64,000 nt of DNA from Bdellovibrionales bacterium (GCA_965219095.1 CBDCMT010000001.1:1696001-1760000), one strand, 5' to 3'; counted from the first letter of the stretch, positions 32,461-43,228 are shown. Program-made: numbers and translations. Notes: generated by a model from the letters alone, not told the origin.

Positions 32461-32850
32461 ATGGATACAATTGGAGATTTTTTAACACGCCTTCGCAATG
32501 CTGCTATGGCAGGACATGAAAAAGTTGATTTACCTAGCTCTAATTTAAGAGTAGGTTTAGCTGAAACTCTTGAAAAAAACGGTTATATTAAAGCATTTAA
32601 AGTTGTTGCTTATGGAGGACAAAAACTTATGCGTATTTATTTAAAATATAACAAAAAAGGACGTCCTGTCATCTCTCATATGGAAAGAGTGAGTCGATCA
32701 AGTCGTCGTGTTTATAAGAAGGCAAGTCAGTTAAAGTCCATACGTTCTGGCTATGGTCTTGCCATAATCAGTACAAACCAAGGTATATTGAGTGATAAAC
32801 AAGCCCGTGAAGAAAACGTAGGTGGTGAAGTTTTATGTTATATATGGTAA
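32461..32850 (+). CDS. rpsH: 30S ribosomal protein uS8
   Basis: DTIGDFLTRLRNA...GGEVLCYIW. Confidence 0.98.
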   Translation: MDTIGDFLTRLRNAAMAGHEKVDLPSSNLRVGLAETLEKNGYIKAFKVVAYGGQKLMRIYLKYNKKGRPVISHMERVSRSSRRVYKKASQLKSIRSGYGLAIISTNQGILSDKQAREENVGGEVLCYIW

Positions 32851-32878
32851 AAGAAAAAAGGTTAAGGAGCAATCAATT

Positions 32879-33424
32879 ATGTCAAGAGTAGGTAAAGAGG
32901 CTATTGAGTTAAACGATAAAGTTATCGTTTCTATTGAAGGTAGCCAAGTAAAGCTCAAGAGCGGAAAGTATGAAAAGCATCTTTTTCTTAAGGGTGGCAT
33001 AACAGCTGAACAAAAAAACCAACAAATCATCGTTAAACGTACTGATGATGAAGCTCAGTCAAAAGCCTATCATGGTCTTTTTCGTTCTTTGATTCAAAAT
33101 TTTGTAATAGGTATATCTCAAGGCTGGCAAAAAACGTTAGAACTTAAAGGTGTAGGTTATAAAGCTCAAGTGTCTGGGAAGATATTGAAACTGAACTTAG
33201 GCTACAGCCATCCCATTGAATATAACATACCTCAAAATATAGAGATTAAAGTAAACAAACAAACTCAAGTTGTAATTCAAGGTCCTGACAAAGAACAAGT
33301 AGGCCAAGTAGCAGCACACATTCGTAGTTATAGAGTTCCTGAACCTTATTTAGGAAAAGGAGTAAGATACTCTGATGAAGTGATTCGTCGTAAAGCAGGT
33401 AAATCAGCTACAAAAGGAAAATAA
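32879..33424 (+). CDS. rplF: 50S ribosomal protein uL6
   Basis: MSRVGK...LGYSHP...PEPYLGKGVRY. Confidence 0.98.
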   Translation: MSRVGKEAIELNDKVIVSIEGSQVKLKSGKYEKHLFLKGGITAEQKNQQIIVKRTDDEAQSKAYHGLFRSLIQNFVIGISQGWQKTLELKGVGYKAQVSGKILKLNLGYSHPIEYNIPQNIEIKVNKQTQVVIQGPDKEQVGQVAAHIRSYRVPEPYLGKGVRYSDEVIRRKAGKSATKGK

Positions 33425-33427
33425 AAG

Positions 33428-33796
33428 ATGAGAATTCATATAACTAAAAAATTATTTCCTAGAACGAAAGGACGCTTAAAAAGAAGAGCACGTCTTAGAA
33501 AAAAGATAACAGGAACAACTCGTAGACCTAGGTTAGCTGTTTTCAGAAGCCATCTTCACATTTACGTTCAAGCTATTGATGACGAAAATCATAGAACTCT
33601 TTATCAGTCCTCTAGTCTAAATATGAAAGAAAAAATCAAGCCTGTAGACAGGGCTAAGAAAATAGGTCATAAGATTGCTAAAAAACTTATAGAAGGCCAA
33701 ATTAAGAAAGTAGTTTTTGATCGTGGTGGATATATTTATCATGGACGTATAAAAGCAGTAGCAGAAGGTGCTAGAGAAGCGGGCTTAAAGTTTTGA
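33428..33796 (+). CDS. rplR: 50S ribosomal protein uL18
   Basis: RPRLAVFRS...VFDRGGYIYHGR. Confidence 0.97.
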   Translation: MRIHITKKLFPRTKGRLKRRARLRKKITGTTRRPRLAVFRSHLHIYVQAIDDENHRTLYQSSSLNMKEKIKPVDRAKKIGHKIAKKLIEGQIKKVVFDRGGYIYHGRIKAVAEGAREAGLKF

Positions 33797-33811
33797 AAAA
33801 AGGAGTGTAAA

Positions 33812-34279
33812 GTGGAAAAAAGAAGAGACGAGGAGTTTAAAGAAAGAGTTGTTTCTATTCGACGTGTAGCTAAAGTTGTAAAAGGAGGTAGGAGATTTGC
33901 ATTTTCAGCTCTTGTTGTGGCAGGTGACGGAAAGGGCCGTGTAGGAATAGGAAAAGGAAAAGGACGTGAAGTTTCTGATGCTATTAATAAAGCATCTCAC
34001 TCAGCAAAAAAAGCAGTTCAACCTTTTTATTTAAAACAAGGACGCACCATATCTCATGAAGTCGTAGGTCAGTTTGGAGCAGCAAAAGTTTTACTTATTC
34101 CAGCTTCTGAGGGAACAGGGGTCATTGCAGGAGGTTCTGTGAGAGCTGTTTTAGAGTCTTTAGGAGTTAAGGATATTTTAACAAAATGTGTAGGGACAAA
34201 TACCCCTCATAATGTTGTTTTAGCAACTTTAAATGGTCTTTCAAAGCTAAAATATGTAAAAGAAGGTGATGATGTATGA
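33812..34279 (+). CDS. rpsE: 30S ribosomal protein uS5
   Basis: [19 protein letters not shown]. Confidence 0.98.
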   Translation: MEKRRDEEFKERVVSIRRVAKVVKGGRRFAFSALVVAGDGKGRVGIGKGKGREVSDAINKASHSAKKAVQPFYLKQGRTISHEVVGQFGAAKVLLIPASEGTGVIAGGSVRAVLESLGVKDILTKCVGTNTPHNVVLATLNGLSKLKYVKEGDDV

Positions 34280-34476
34280 GTCAGGTTTTTAGAGTCAAAC
34301 GTATTTTAAGTACGAACAATTTAGAAAGATCGCAAAAGGAAGCTTTAAGATGTTTAGGTTTAAGGAAAATTGGCTCTGAAGTTGTTGTAAAAGACAACCC
34401 TGCTATGCGGGGCCAGATTTTAAAAGTACAGCATTTAGTCAAAGTTTCCTGCGATAAGAAAAGTAAGAGAAGTTAG
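34276..34476 (+). CDS. rpmD: 50S ribosomal protein uL30
   Basis: LGLRKIG...[16 protein letters not shown]; position between rpsE and rplO. Confidence 0.93.
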   Translation: MSQVFRVKRILSTNNLERSQKEALRCLGLRKIGSEVVVKDNPAMRGQILKVQHLVKVSCDKKSKRS

Positions 34477-34496
34477 AAATTAAGAGGAGTTAGAAA

Positions 34497-34946
34497 ATGT
34501 CTTTGTTATCTCAATTAAGTCCTGATCCTAAAAGTAAGAAAAAATCCATTCGTGTGGGAAGAGGTCGAAGCTCTAAGAGGGGATCTACTTCAGGCAAAGG
34601 TCATAAAGGACAAAAAGCTCGTTCAGGGTTTTCTTTAAAAAGAGGCTTTGAAGGAGGACAGATGCCTTTGTCTCGCAGGCTTCCTAAGTTTGGCTTTAAT
34701 AATAAGAATTTCAAAACATCTTATGAAATTGTAAACATAAAACAATTAGAAAAAGCTTTTAAAGATAAACAAGAGGTTAGCTCTGAAAGCTTAAAGAAAA
34801 AGGGTCTTATTCTCTCTACAAAAAGAGTTAAAATTTTAGGAAGTGGAGAGTTAAAAAAATCTTTAGAGATCAAAGTCCATAAGGTCAGTCGTTCGGCACA
34901 AAAAGCCATTGAAAGCTCTGGCGGAAAGGTACAGGTTATTTCATAA
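34497..34946 (+). CDS. rplO: 50S ribosomal protein uL15
   Basis: GHKGQKARSG...FEGGQMPL. Confidence 0.98.
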   Translation: MSLLSQLSPDPKSKKKSIRVGRGRSSKRGSTSGKGHKGQKARSGFSLKRGFEGGQMPLSRRLPKFGFNNKNFKTSYEIVNIKQLEKAFKDKQEVSSESLKKKGLILSTKRVKILGSGELKKSLEIKVHKVSRSAQKAIESSGGKVQVIS

Positions 34947-36259
34947 TGGCACCAAAATTTATTCCTGCAGAGTTAAAAAAAAGAATCTTCTTCACTTTAA
35001 TGTGCCTTCTTATTTTTCGTTTTGGAGTAGCTCTTCCTACTCCAGGAGTTAACGGCCAAGAATTAATTGATTACTTTAACCAACAAGGAGGAAGTCTTTT
35101 TGGTGTTTTTAATACTTTTACAGGAGGAGCTTTTGAACGTTTTAGTGTGCTTTCTTTAGGGATTATGCCTTATATTTCTGCATCTATTATTTTCCAAATC
35201 TTACAAACAGCTATACCCACTTTAGAAGCTCTTAAAAAAGAGGGCGAGCAGGGGAGAAAAAAGCTCAACCAATACATTCGCTACTCAACAGTGCTTATTG
35301 CTTTTGTTCAAAGTTATGGTCTTACAAAGTTTCTACAAAACACACCAGGCCCTGCAGGTCCTATAGTACAAGTAGAATCCTTTGGTCCCATTCCTTTTGA
35401 ACTAATGACCATGCTGACTTTGACGGCAGGAACTTGTTTTCTTCTATGGCTTGGTGAATTAATGACAGAGAGAGGTGTGGGCAACGGAGTAAGTTTGATC
35501 ATTTTTGCTGGTATTGCAGCAGGGATTCCTTCAGGCACAGTGACTTTATGGGATCAGATTTCAAGAGGGGAGCTTAGCGGAATTTTAGGTCTTGGTTTGG
35601 TTTTATTTATGTTTGCAGTAGTTATGGCCATTGTTTTTATGGAAACAGGTCAAAGGCGCATTCCTGTTCAATATTCACAAAGAGCTGGTGCAAAACCAGG
35701 CCAAGCAAAACAAGTAAGCCACCTCCCTTTAAAGATTAATTTTGCAGGTGTGATTCCTCCTATTTTTGCAAGTAGCTTACTGCTCTTTCCTGCCACTTTA
35801 ACTCAATTTACTGACAATGAATCTGTTAAAAATTTTGCTGAAAACTTCTTACAGCCCACAGGTGCTTTATTCTCAGTTTTATTTGTAGCTTGTATTGCTT
35901 TCTTTTGTTTTTTTTACACAGAAATTGTTTTTAATGCAAAAGAAGTTTCTGACAATCTTAAAAAACATGGAGGCTTCATTCCTGGCATTCGTGCAGGGCA
36001 AAGTACTTCTCTTTATTTAAGGAAAGTGTTAGACCGTCTTACAGTTGTTGGTGCTATTTATCTTAGCTTGATTTGTATTTTACCCACCATTTTAATCAGT
36101 CAATTTAATTTACCTTTTTATTTTGGAGGGACAGGTTTGTTGATTTTAGTCGGTGTGATTCTGGATACTACACAACAGATTCAATCTCACTTGATCACAG
36201 CTCAGTATGATACGAGTTTTGGAGGGGTTAAGATGAAGACAAGACGAGTAAAGTACTAG
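34946..36259 (+). CDS. secY: Preprotein translocase subunit SecY
   Basis: LGIMPYISASII, GVGNGVSLIIF, AGVIPPIFA, GGFIPGIR, FGGTGLLI. Confidence 0.98.
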   Translation: MAPKFIPAELKKRIFFTLMCLLIFRFGVALPTPGVNGQELIDYFNQQGGSLFGVFNTFTGGAFERFSVLSLGIMPYISASIIFQILQTAIPTLEALKKEGEQGRKKLNQYIRYSTVLIAFVQSYGLTKFLQNTPGPAGPIVQVESFGPIPFELMTMLTLTAGTCFLLWLGELMTERGVGNGVSLIIFAGIAAGIPSGTVTLWDQISRGELSGILGLGLVLFMFAVVMAIVFMETGQRRIPVQYSQRAGAKPGQAKQVSHLPLKINFAGVIPPIFASSLLLFPATLTQFTDNESVKNFAENFLQPTGALFSVLFVACIAFFCFFYTEIVFNAKEVSDNLKKHGGFIPGIRAGQSTSLYLRKVLDRLTVVGAIYLSLICILPTILISQFNLPFYFGGTGLLILVGVILDTTQQIQSHLITAQYDTSFGGVKMKTRRVKY

Positions 36260-36315
36260 CTTTTTTTGTCATCACATAAAAGTGTTTTAAAAGATTTTTT
36301 AGAAAGAAAGATGTA

Positions 36316-36969
36316 TTGAAAGAGTCTGTTACAGTTTTACTTTTCGGCCCCCCTGGATCAGGTAAAGGAACTCAAGCTGTTTTTATGAAAGAAAAAAAAG
36401 GCTACTTTCACATTAGTACAGGAGACCTGATAAGAGGAGCTATGGAAGATAAGGAGTTTTCTAAGAAAGTGAGAGCTTATTCCGACAGAGGAGAGCTTGT
36501 CCCTGATGATATTATACTTTCTTTAATAGAAAAGGTGTTTGAGGGACTTTCAGAGACTGATTGTGTGGTTTTGGATGGTTTTCCTAGAACACTAAATCAA
36601 GCTTTAGCTCTTGATGAGCTTTTAAGTAAAAAGAAGCGTTCTCTGAAAGAGGTGTTTTTCCTTGATGTATCCTTAGATATCTTGAAGGAGAGGCTTTCAG
36701 GACGTAGGAGTTGTCCCAGTTGTGCTGCTGTATATCATATCAGTCAGTTTAAAAGGATGAAAAAAAAGGGCTTTTGTGACGTATGTGCTACTTTTCTTGT
36801 ACGAAGGCAGGATGATAGACCTCAGGTGATAGAAAAGAGATTTCAGGTCTATAGGAAAATTATAGCTCCCCTAGAGGATTTTTATTCTAAGAAGGGGATT
36901 TTGAGAAAAATTGATGGGGGGGGAGGTCCTGAGCACATTTTTGAGCAAATAAATAGCTTTCTAGCTTGA
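36316..36969 (+). CDS. adk: Adenylate kinase (Zn-lid type)
   Basis: GPPGSGKGTQ, HISTGD, LDGFPR, CPSC...CDVC. Confidence 0.96.
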   Translation: MKESVTVLLFGPPGSGKGTQAVFMKEKKGYFHISTGDLIRGAMEDKEFSKKVRAYSDRGELVPDDIILSLIEKVFEGLSETDCVVLDGFPRTLNQALALDELLSKKKRSLKEVFFLDVSLDILKERLSGRRSCPSCAAVYHISQFKRMKKKGFCDVCATFLVRRQDDRPQVIEKRFQVYRKIIAPLEDFYSKKGILRKIDGGGGPEHIFEQINSFLA

Positions 36970-37043
36970 AAAAATGGTCTTTTTAAGTTAAAAGAGTAGG
37001 AGTTAGTTTTTTATGTTTTTTGTAAAATTTTGGATTTAGAGGT

Positions 37044-37157
37044 ATGAAAGTAGGAGCATCGGTAAAGAAAATTTGTAATAAGTGTAAAATCATCAAACGG
37101 CGAGGTGTAGTTCGTGTTATTTGTGAAAATCCCCGCCATAAACAAAGGCAAGGTTAA
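37044..37157 (+). CDS. rpmJ: 50S ribosomal protein bL36 (not in ORF track)
   Basis: Manual translation [43 protein letters not shown]. Confidence 0.96.
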   Translation: MKVGASVKKICNKCKIIKRRGVVRVICENPRHKQRQG

Positions 37158-37159
37158 TA

Positions 37160-37531
37160 ATGCGTATTAGTGGTGTGGATTTACCAAAAGAAAAAAGAAT
37201 TGAAGTGGCTTTAACTTACATTTATGGCGTAGGTCGTTCTTTAGCCAAAGAAATCTGTAAGAAAGCTAATTTTCATGAAAAGCTAAGAACAAAAGACCTT
37301 ACTAATGAACAAGGTGTAACTTTAAGACAACTTCTTGATAAGGAGTATAGAGTTGAAGGAACCTTAAGACGTGAGATGGGTTTATCTATTAAGCGACTTA
37401 TGGACTTGAATTGTTATCGTGGTATTCGTCATAGAAAAGGACTTCCTGTAAGAGGCCAAAGTACAAGACAAAATGCACGTACACGTAAAGGTCCACGTAA
37501 AACAGTAGCAAATAAGAAGAAGGCGGTTTAA
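37160..37531 (+). CDS. rpsM: 30S ribosomal protein uS13
   Basis: ALTYIYGVG...[15 protein letters not shown]. Confidence 0.98.
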   Translation: MRISGVDLPKEKRIEVALTYIYGVGRSLAKEICKKANFHEKLRTKDLTNEQGVTLRQLLDKEYRVEGTLRREMGLSIKRLMDLNCYRGIRHRKGLPVRGQSTRQNARTRKGPRKTVANKKKAV

Positions 37532-37535
37532 TTTT

Positions 37536-37961
37536 ATGGTAACAAAACAACAGACGACAAAAGGTTCTTCGCAAACTAAAACTAAAAGAGTGGCTAAGAA
37601 AAAAGCTCAAAGAGCAGCCCCTCAAGGACATTGTTATATTAAAGCAAGTTTTGGCAATACAATTATAACAATCACTAATGCATCAGGATCGACTGTTTGC
37701 TGGTCGACAGCAGGAACTATGGGTTTTAAAGGAAGCCGTAAGGGAACACCTTTTGCAGCTCAAACTGCTGCAGAATCGGTAGCAAAAACAGCTGTTGCAA
37801 GAGGAGTTAAGTCTGTGGATGTTTTTGTAAAAGGACCGGGAGCTGGCCGTGAGTCTTCCATTAGAGCTTTATCTTATAATGGTTTAAAAATAACTTCTCT
37901 TCGGGATACAACGCCTATTCCTCATAACGGATGCCGCCCCCCTAAACGCAGGAGAAAATAA
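37536..37961 (+). CDS. rpsK: 30S ribosomal protein uS11
   Basis: [14 protein letters not shown]...[11 protein letters not shown]. Confidence 0.98.
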   Translation: MVTKQQTTKGSSQTKTKRVAKKKAQRAAPQGHCYIKASFGNTIITITNASGSTVCWSTAGTMGFKGSRKGTPFAAQTAAESVAKTAVARGVKSVDVFVKGPGAGRESSIRALSYNGLKITSLRDTTPIPHNGCRPPKRRRK

Positions 37962-37988
37962 AACTATTAATTGAAAAGGGAGATAGCT

Positions 37989-39476
37989 ATGGAAACAAAT
38001 AACAATTTACAGCCTCATTACCATAAGGTTTGGTCGGATTTAATACAACCTAAGGACTTTCGTGTTGATCAAGACACTTTCACCCGTAAATACGGTAAAT
38101 TTATTATACAACCTCTTGAAAGAGGTTTTGGACAAACTTTAGGAAATTCATTACGAAGAGTTCTTTTAAGTTCTATGATGGGATCTGCTCCTGTGGCTGT
38201 AAAGTTTGACAACGTTGTTCATGAATTTAGTACTTTACCTGGAGTTTTAGAAGATATTACTGATGTGATTCTTAATTTGAAGGAAGTACGTTTTCAGCAA
38301 TTTGTTCCTGAGTCTGTACATTTAAGATTTTCTAAAAAAGGTCCTGGTAAATTCTTGGCAAGTGATATTCAAACTACGGATAAAATCAGTATTATCAATC
38401 CAAATAAAGTTATAGCTAACTTAGATGAAACAGGAAGTATAGAAGGAGAATTGATTCTTAATTTTGGTCGTGGCTATGAACCTTCTGAAGCTCATAAAGA
38501 TAAAGATTTTCCTGCAGGTTTTATTGCTATGGATTCTGTATATAGCCCTGTTCGCCGTGTGAACTATTCTGTACAGAACACAAGAGTAGGACAAAGAACA
38601 GATTATGATTCTTTAACTTTAGAAATTTGGACTCATGGAAATATGATCCCTCAAGAGGCTATTGCTTTAGCATCAAAAATTCTTAAAGAGCAACTTCAGG
38701 TTTTTATCACCTTTAATGAGAACACGACTTTTGGAGAAACTGAACAAGATGATTCTGAATCCGATCCTATCAATCCTATTTTCTTCAAACTTGTCGATGA
38801 ACTAGAACTCTCAGTAAGAAGTACTAATTGTTTGAAAAATGCGGACATTCGTTTTATTGGTGAACTTGTTACTCGTACAGAGATAGACATGTTAAAGACA
38901 AAGAATTTTGGTCGTAAATCTTTAAATGAAATCAAAGAAGTTCTTCAACCTATGAATCTTTTCTTAGGAATGAAAGTTCTTGGTTGGCCACCTAAAAATT
39001 GGGATCGCAAAGGCCCTCCTCCTGGTTATGAAAATAAAGAGGAGTTAAACACTCCTTTAAAAGAAATAAAAGTACCACCTACTTATGAAGGACAAGACTA
39101 TGATGAGAACGTAATGTCACCTAATAAAACTTCTTCTTCTCCTCCTCCTACGCCTCCTACTCCTACTCCTATGCCTCCTCCTCCTACTCCTACTCCTACT
39201 CCTACTCCTACTCCTCCTCCTACTCCTACTCCTATGCCTCCTACTCCTACGCCTCCTACTCCTACTCCTACTCCTACTCCTACTCCTACTCCTACTACTC
39301 CTACTCCTCCTACTCCTACTCCTACTCCTACTCCTACTCCTACTCCTCCTACTCCTCCTCCTCCTCCTATGCCTCCTACTCCTCCTCCTACTCCTACTCC
39401 TACTCCTACTCCTACTCCTACTCCTACTCCTACTCATGAAAAACAGGAGGATTCAGAAGGGGAAAATAAAGAGTGA
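37989..39476 (+). CDS. rpoA: RNA polymerase alpha subunit with Pro/Thr-repeat C-terminal tail
   Basis: PLERGFGQTLGNSLRRVLLSS, TRVGQRTDYD, LELSVRSTNCL, KNFGRKSLNEI. Confidence 0.97.
   Translation: METNNNLQPHYHKVWSDLIQPKDFRVDQDTFTRKYGKFIIQPLERGFGQTLGNSLRRVLLSSMMGSAPVAVKFDNVVHEFSTLPGVLEDITDVILNLKEVRFQQFVPESVHLRFSKKGPGKFLASDIQTTDKISIINPNKVIANLDETGSIEGELILNFGRGYEPSEAHKDKDFPAGFIAMDSVYSPVRRVNYSVQNTRVGQRTDYDSLTLEIWTHGNMIPQEAIALASKILKEQLQVFITFNENTTFGETEQDDSESDPINPIFFKLVDELELSVRSTNCLKNADIRFIGELVTRTEIDMLKTKNFGRKSLNEIKEVLQPMNLFLGMKVLGWPPKNWDRKGPPPGYENKEELNTPLKEIKVPPTYEGQDYDENVMSPNKTSSSPPPTPPTPTPMPPPPTPTPTPTPTPPPTPTPMPPTPTPPTPTPTPTPTPTPTTPTPPTPTPTPTPTPTPPTPPPPPMPPTPPPTPTPTPTPTPTPTPTHEKQEDSEGENKE
39141..39434 (+). 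repeat. In-frame CCT/ACT microsatellite (98 codons, P/T/M only)
   Basis: (CCTACT)n with CCTCCT, CCTATG and CCTACG variants. Confidence 0.97.
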
Positions 39477-39958
39477 GACATAGAATTCATAAAAAGGGCT
39501 TTCATAGAGATTCGGCACAAAGAAAGGCACTCATAAGAGGCTTAGTGTGTTCTTTAGTAGATCACAAACGTATAAAAACCACCTTAGCTAAGGCTAAAGA
39601 GCTTCGCCGTCATGTAGAAAAGGCAGTGACTTTAAGTCGCAAAGGAGGAGTTCATGTCCATCGAGTTCTTCTTTCAAAATATCCTCATAAACCCACAGTG
39701 AAATCTTTAGTTAATGAAATAGGACCGCAAATGAAAGATCGTCCAGGAGGCTACACCCGTATTTTAAAGTTAGGAAGAAGACAAGGAGATCAAGCTCCTA
39801 TGGCTATAATTGAATTTGTTAACTATAAACAAGAAAAGCCTGCAGAGCTTTCTCGTACAGAGAAAAAGAACCAAGAAAGGAAAAAAATCTTAAAGAAAAA
39901 GGAAAAAAGACGATCTGTGCGAGAAATGAAAGAGTTATCTCGCAAAATTAATAGATAA
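39473..39958 (+). CDS. rplQ: 50S ribosomal protein bL17
   Basis: MRHR...IKTTLAKAKE...RPGGYTRI. Confidence 0.97.
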   Translation: MRHRIHKKGFHRDSAQRKALIRGLVCSLVDHKRIKTTLAKAKELRRHVEKAVTLSRKGGVHVHRVLLSKYPHKPTVKSLVNEIGPQMKDRPGGYTRILKLGRRQGDQAPMAIIEFVNYKQEKPAELSRTEKKNQERKKILKKKEKRRSVREMKELSRKINR

Positions 39959-40015
39959 CAACTTTTTTAAGTTTCTTTAAGGGATCTCTATTTCTATTAA
40001 AAACCGGAGGGTTGT

Positions 40016-40567
40016 TTGGTAAGTTTAAAGCAAGGGTTTAGTTTTTTCTTAGGCGTAGCTCTTATTTTTAGCTTTTATTTCTATAAGCAAACAGCTCTTT
40101 TTAAAAAAGAGTCCTTGGTTTCTATATGTCAAGATGTATCAAAGATTTTAAAGCCCCTTTCTTTTCCCCTAGTGGAAAATTCTCTTTCAAAAATAGGCTT
40201 TTCTCATTTTGAAGATCAAATGTATTTGATCCATTTTTGGAGATCTGACTGTGCTCCTTGCTTGGATGAATGGCCTGAGTTAATTAAATTTGTCAAAAAA
40301 AGCCACATTCCTTTGGTTAGTCTTACAAGTGATTCCAAAGAAAGTGTGATTAGTTTTTTTAAGTCTTTAAAATTACCCCTTCATGAAAATAAAGTCTATT
40401 TAGGCTTAGATCAAAGTGATCTGATTCGAAAGATGTTTTCCGTAAGGTTCCTTCCTCAAACTTACCTTATCGGCCCTAGAGGGAAACTTCTGAGAATTTT
40501 TATAGGAAAAGAGAACTGGAACAGAGAGAAAATGCTAAATTATTTTAAAAGTAAAGACTTTTGTTGA
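40016..40567 (+). CDS. TlpA/ResA-like thioredoxin-fold protein
   Basis: N-terminal anchor; HFWRSDCAPCLDEWP; LPQTYLI. Confidence 0.8.
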   Translation: MVSLKQGFSFFLGVALIFSFYFYKQTALFKKESLVSICQDVSKILKPLSFPLVENSLSKIGFSHFEDQMYLIHFWRSDCAPCLDEWPELIKFVKKSHIPLVSLTSDSKESVISFFKSLKLPLHENKVYLGLDQSDLIRKMFSVRFLPQTYLIGPRGKLLRIFIGKENWNREKMLNYFKSKDFC

Positions 40568-40687
40568 CTGAAATGTATTTACAGGCTCTCTTTTAACGTT
40601 TTTTGATTTTCCAGAATCAACTTACTAACAGAATTCTATAAAATGGCCTGTGAACTTTTGTAAGTTCTTAGAATCATTAAAAAATTT

Positions 40688-42194
40688 GGCTCCTCCCGGG
40701 AATCTGTGGGTGAAAAGTAGTAGAAATCCCCCAAAAGAGCTCATATTAATCAAAGTAAGAGTAAGACATTCTATCTTGTATTTTTGAGTTCTTTGAGGCC
40801 TTTACTGGCCTCTATCACCTCCGGTGATTGAACTCAAAAACATTCATTTATTTGCTGTATTACATTAAAATTTTAAAAAAGAAGCACCTACTTCCCAGAT
40901 GCCTTAAAATGTTATTCAAAAAAAAAAAAAGGAGGGAAGAGATGCTTTTGAAGACTATACTAAATGATTGTTTAAGATGGAAGTCTTTTGTATACGGAGA
41001 CATTTATTTTTCAAAAGATAGAAAGTCAATTAATGTTCCTATTAAGGCTCGTAAAAATGGCCAAGCTTTTTGTAGTGTTTGTAAGAAGCCCTGTTCAGTG
41101 TATGACAGCAGTAAATCATCACGGGACTTTGAATCCCTTCCTATTTTAAGTTACAGGGTGTTTTTTGTTTATTTTGTAAGAAGAGTTAATTGTCCTTGCT
41201 GTGGGGTAAAAGTTGAGTATTTACCTTGGGCCGATGGTAAGAAGAGTTTAACGATCTTTTACATGAAGTACTTAGCAGACTGGTGTCGTCACCTGTCTTG
41301 GAAAGAGGTTTCTTGTAAGTTTCATGTCAGTTGGAATCAGGTCTATGCTTCGGTAGAATGGGTCGTAGAATATGGTTTAAAACAAAGGGTTTTAAAGGGA
41401 ATACAAGCTATAGGTGTAGATGAAATACAATGGAAAAAGAACCATCAGTATCTCACCTTAGTCTATGAAATAAGCAAAGAAAGTGTTCGTTTGCTATGGA
41501 TAGGAGAAAAAAAACAGAAAAGAGTTTTAGAAAATTCTTTGATTTACTAGGAGAGAAGTCAAAAGAGATACGGTTTGTGTGCTCTGATATGTGGAAGCCT
41601 TATTTAAAAGTCATAAAGGAGAGGGCAAGTCAAGCTTTGAATATATTAGATCGGTTTCATATCGTAGCAAGACTCAATAAGGCTTTAGACGAAGTGAGAG
41701 CTTCAGAACACAAAAAAATGAAAGAAGATGGGTATGAACCCCTTTTAACAAAAGCTAGATGGCCCTTGTTAAAAAATGCAGAAAATTTAAAATCTTATGA
41801 AAAAGTAAAATTAAGGCATTTAATACAGTACAATTTAAAAAGTATCCGCTGTTATCTTTTAAAAGAAGACTTCCGACAGTTATGGACCTATGTTTCACCA
41901 ACTTGGGCTGGTAAATTTATAGACAGTTGGACGAGACGAGTCATGCTTTCAAAAATTGAACCTATGAAAAGAGAAGCAAAAACCATACGAAGACATAAGC
42001 TACTTATTCTTAATTACTTCAAGGCTAAAAAAACCTTCTCCTCAGGGATTGTAGAGGGTTTAAACAACAAAGTAAAACTCACTATGAGAAAATCTTACGG
42101 CTTTAGAACCTCTAAAGCTATAAAAATCGCCTTATATCATAACCTTGGAAAACTGCCAGAACCTCCGGGAACCCACAGATTCTTTTGAGGAGGC
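40688..42194 (+). mobile_element. ISL3-family element, full length; transposase (ATG 40942) frameshifted near the A-run at ~41510
   Basis: TIRs GGCTCCTCCCGGGAATCTGTGGGT / ACCCACAGATTCTTTTGAGGAGGC; Zn finger, IGVDE, CSDMW, DRFH. Confidence 0.95.
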
Positions 42195-42528
42195 TAATAA
42201 AATTAACAACTTAGCCGTCACTGTCTATCTTAAAATTTCCTGAAAGTTCTCTAAGGTTCCTTCATTTTTTACTCTGAACTCACTCTAAACAAACTAAGTA
42301 TGTGACAAGTTACTTGTAGTTTTATAAGAGCTTAGCTTTTGTACTTACTTTTGAAAGCCAGGATTTAATTGTTGTATTATCTCTAGCGACATCCTTTCTG
42401 GTACTTTCTTATTTTCTTATTTTCTTGTTTTTACAGTAGATTAGCAAAGGATGTCGCAGTGAGGCCGTTTGAAAGAAATTCTCTTAAAATCACTTGAAAA
42501 GAAAGTTTTTTTATATTATTACAACCGT

Positions 42529-43228
42529 ATGCCTTTTAAAAAAACCCAATCATTCAATTCCTAAAGCTGTATGGGCTTCGATTCAAGCTGTTGCTAAAGA
42601 AACTCAAGAACTGGCAAAGTCTCAAAAAGAGAATGCCAAAGCTCAAAAAGAGACTGACCGCCAACTCAAAGAATCTCAACAAGAAATCGCTAAAGCCCAC
42701 AAAGAAACAGAGCGTTTGTTAAAAGAGTCAAAACTTGAGACCGATCTTCAGTTTAGAAAGTCTGATAAACGTATAGCAAAGTTAGACGAACTTTTCACAG
42801 GTCAATGGGGAAAGCTTATGGAGGCTCTGGCAAAAGGTGATTTAGTTAAACTTCTTCAAGAAAGAAATATTGAAGTACAGAGAATTCTTCCAGAGTCTTT
42901 TGGGACATGGAATGGGAAACCTTTTGAATTTGACATTATTGCAGTTAATGGCAGTGAAGTAGTTGTGACAGAAGTCAAAACCACCTTACGTATAAGAGAC
43001 TTAACTCATTTTTTAAAAAAGCTAGCAGATTTTAAAAAAATGTTTCCTGAATATAAAGACAAAAAAATCTACGGTGCTGTAGCTTATCTTAAATCCAATC
43101 AAAGTTCAGCTAGAAAGGCTGAGAAAGAAGGTCTTTTTGTGATTCGAGTTGTAGGGAACAGTGCTAGTATTATAAATCTCAAAGGCTTTAAACCAAAAAA
43201 CTTTAGTAATACCAATTCCAAAAAATAA
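42529..43228 (+). CDS. Coiled-coil plus PD-(D/E)xK nuclease-fold protein (DUF3782-like); ATG is out of frame with the body
   Basis: QKETDRQLKE heptads; WGKLMEAL; EFDIIAVNG...EVKTTL; YGAVAY. Confidence 0.7.

Noticed and set aside
27233..38935. Short overlapping or antisense ORFs within the ribosomal operon
   Set aside because: They overlap well-conserved genes and show no motifs.
39117..39437. Arg/Ser-rich ORF on the minus strand resembling an SR protein or protamine
   Set aside because: Antisense shadow of the CCT/ACT repeat in rpoA; no independent expression signals seen.
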